From: a virus
Virus record (IMG/VR): IMGVR_UViG_3300025536_000012
Coordinates: 67,496 to 131,495 of that record
DNA: 64,000 nucleotides
Strand: one strand, 5' to 3'
Every line of letters begins with the position of its first letter. The stretch's first letter is position 1. Under the pieces are notes generated by a model, which made no database searches, was not told the DNA's origin, and saw nothing but the letters and a program-made list of their open reading frames with translations. The position numbers and the translations under genes were made by a program. Positions 61,794 through 64,000 of the stretch are shown here, one piece after another.

Positions 61794-64000
61794 ATGCGCC
61801 CAGCCCAACTTCATGGAGGTATGGGGAACGGTGTTGGAAGGAACCATGCGTGGGCTTATGGACTAGGACGGCAAGATATCAATAGTGAACGCACACCCGG
61901 ATCCTGGGGCATCACCAAGACAGTCGAGTTTCTAGGCGCATCGAATCTCACCGAAGTTGCTACTGACACCACTCTTGCTGCGGCCACCGTTTATTCCAAG
62001 AACATCGACGTAGTATTGATCGAGACCCTGAGTCGCAACTCGTTCCTGTCAGCCAAGCTAATTTGGACTTATGCGAGTTCCTACACGGCCACTACTGGAA
62101 TCACAGGAACACGTGTTAGTTTTTCGATTAATGGTGCTTCTGAATTTAGTCTTGATCGTTCACACGTGTCTACATCGGTTACTGGTAGAAGTCAGTGGCA
62201 AGAAATTATCACCGACGTTACCGATGTCTTTCGAGATCAATGGTTTGAGGCAGGTAGTGGTGGTATCACATGCACCTCAACCATTGCTGTCAGTACGGTA
62301 GCCGCAGAGGCTGTTAACGGGCACACGTGCAAGCTGGTGATCACGTATGCCTATGATCCAGCAATTCAGACGCAAAAAGCTTCTCAAGGGGAGGAAACTG
62401 GCCACTGGCGGATGAAGACTGTCCGCATCCCGATTCAATCTCACGCATCACAGTTAACGACATCGCAGCAAGAGACCGGAGCAGACGGAGTTCTACCAAA
62501 GACAAACCAGCTCCCAAACCTAGAGACGTTTCTTCCAGAGACGTCCAAGAACTTTTTCAGCGTATTCCTGGAGACGGATGCCAATCTCTCGATCACGGCA
62601 GCCACCAATTTCACTCCGTTCGTACAGATTGGTGCTGACGCCGAAGTAGCTCGAGCACTGATGAAAGAGACTGCCTGGACTGGCTCCCACCCGCACTGGC
62701 GGGATCACTTTGACCTCGGCGCTTACACCTCATCCAATACATCCATAAGTTGGAGATGTGATTTAACAGCCCGACTCAGCCTCCTTTGTTCGTACGTGGT
62801 TGTCACTTACATGTATCGCTATGACACGACCAACACAGTCATATGCGAGGCGATGGTTCCGTTCACAAATCTTGGTGGTGATGAGCATGGATTAACTGCA
62901 ATCATTACCCCATTTTCTCCGCCCCTCAAAATGACCGCGATTCTGGAGATCCCAGAACCGAGTCCGGACATTGTACAGAGTGCTGTCGTCATTATGTACA
63001 ACGTCGCTGGTGCCAACCCCGAACTTCTATTGGGATCCAATCAGGGAGATCTTCGTACGTACATACCGATTACGACGCAAGGCGAACACGTACTGATTCA
63101 TCGTACGGATGATAGTTGGACGTTGAACCAGGGTCGGAATTATCTGTCCTTCAGTTATCTCCACAACATTTCTGCGGTTCTTCGCAACAACAACCTTGAT
63201 GGTGCCTTTGCGCTCGTTCACTACACCACCGACCTCACTATAGAGAAATACGAAGGAAACCCTGCGGCAGGTGGGCGTGATCCGAATGAAGGTGGATGTC
63301 CTGCCGATCAACTAGATGCCGAACGCTGCACTCGAGTCGTGTGCTTTCTTCAGAAGACACAAGAGGAAGCCGCGTTTTCGGCCACTATCATCGATCAGTA
63401 TGGCAAGCAAGAACCGCGCATAGCTATGCTTGGGGACACATGGAGATTATCTGGTGCAGTAGTTGAACAAAACATTTGGTCCTCCTCTCTATCCCGTGAT
63501 GCCTCTCTCATATTCAACACCTATGGTGATGAGATGCCTGCGGCTGGAGGATTGGTTCAACTACCACTATCGCGTTACGCAGGAACCGGAACTGGGTGGA
63601 GCACTGTTCGACGAGTACACCCAGCGTCTCACTTGTTTCAGCAAGACTCCAACAAACGAGACAAAGTTCATCCAGAACGCAAAAGACGCGTGATCTCGTG
63701 GCAGGTTTCTGGTGGAAGCTTTCTGTACAGTCTCCGTTTCTGGTTCACGATTAGCAATCATAGATTCGAAATCATCGGCACTGTTGCCGAAGACAGTGAT
63801 ATCGCGCCTATCTCGGACGGTACCCCGATCGAGATTTACGCATACGATAGTCTACAAACGGATCTGAATGAAAATGTTATAGCCATATCTCCGATAGAAC
63901 ATGTTGCCACTGTCTACTCATTCAATAAAATCATCGGTGGGAGATCTCGTTTTCGCTTCGAAGCACATGACAGCTATCGAATCTATTTCGCGACGTGTCG
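61794..64000 (+). CDS. large structural protein, 3'-truncated by the window end
   Basis: my codon-by-codon reading finds no stop in the frame whose codons start at 61680+3n, from the TGA at 61677-61679 to position 64000. First in-frame ATG is at 61794, with GTG 61764 and TTG 61749 as alternatives. Absent from the ORF track because it has no stop. Confidence 0.5.
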   Translation, partial: MRPAQLHGGMGNGVGRNHAWAYGLGRQDINSERTPGSWGITKTVEFLGASNLTEVATDTTLAAATVYSKNIDVVLIETLSRNSFLSAKLIWTYASSYTATTGITGTRVSFSINGASEFSLDRSHVSTSVTGRSQWQEIITDVTDVFRDQWFEAGSGGITCTSTIAVSTVAAEAVNGHTCKLVITYAYDPAIQTQKASQGEETGHWRMKTVRIPIQSHASQLTTSQQETGADGVLPKTNQLPNLETFLPETSKNFFSVFLETDANLSITAATNFTPFVQIGADAEVARALMKETAWTGSHPHWRDHFDLGAYTSSNTSISWRCDLTARLSLLCSYVVVTYMYRYDTTNTVICEAMVPFTNLGGDEHGLTAIITPFSPPLKMTAILEIPEPSPDIVQSAVVIMYNVAGANPELLLGSNQGDLRTYIPITTQGEHVLIHRTDDSWTLNQGRNYLSFSYLHNISAVLRNNNLDGAFALVHYTTDLTIEKYEGNPAAGGRDPNEGGCPADQLDAERCTRVVCFLQKTQEEAAFSATIIDQYGKQEPRIAMLGDTWRLSGAVVEQNIWSSSLSRDASLIFNTYGDEMPAAGGLVQLPLSRYAGTGTGWSTVRRVHPASHLFQQDSNKRDKVHPERKRRVISWQVSGGSFLYSLRFWFTISNHRFEIIGTVAEDSDIAPISDGTPIEIYAYDSLQTDLNENVIAISPIEHVATVYSFNKIIGGRSRFRFEAHDSYRIYFATC

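Overview
This 64 kb window looks like an internal segment of a large tailed bacteriophage (or prophage). I did not run homology searches; every call rests on reading motifs in the supplied translations and the nucleotide sequence by eye. Layout: (1) 1-18.2 kb, a minus-strand block of early/nucleotide-metabolism genes. It includes a P-loop kinase, a GNAT acetyltransferase, a PARP-like ADP-ribosyltransferase next to a YpsA-like SLOG protein, an Hsp90/Topo VIB-like GHKL ATPase, a ThyX-like protein and a Spo11/Topo VIA-like protein. (2) 18.6-29.5 kb, a plus-strand array of more than 40 tRNA-like elements with small ORFs, an HNH endonuclease, a dCMP deaminase and a Pth2-like peptidyl-tRNA hydrolase interspersed. 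Several of the tRNAs are structurally atypical. (3) 29.4-32.2 kb, minus-strand genes including an overlapped Rz/Rz1-like spanin pair. (4) 32.3-42.8 kb, a plus-strand block of many small genes, including a second HNH endonuclease, GroES, a SWIM zinc finger, a ribbon-helix-helix (RHH) protein and zinc ribbons. (5) 42.8-45.3 kb, minus-strand genes including an ATP-dependent ligase-like protein. (6) 45.4-64.0 kb, a plus-strand virion module with a 1241-aa tape-measure-like protein, large tail/baseplate proteins, a sigma-70 family factor, a Gly/Thr-rich fibre, and a more than 770-aa ORF running off the window end. No CRISPR array, rRNA or integrase was seen.
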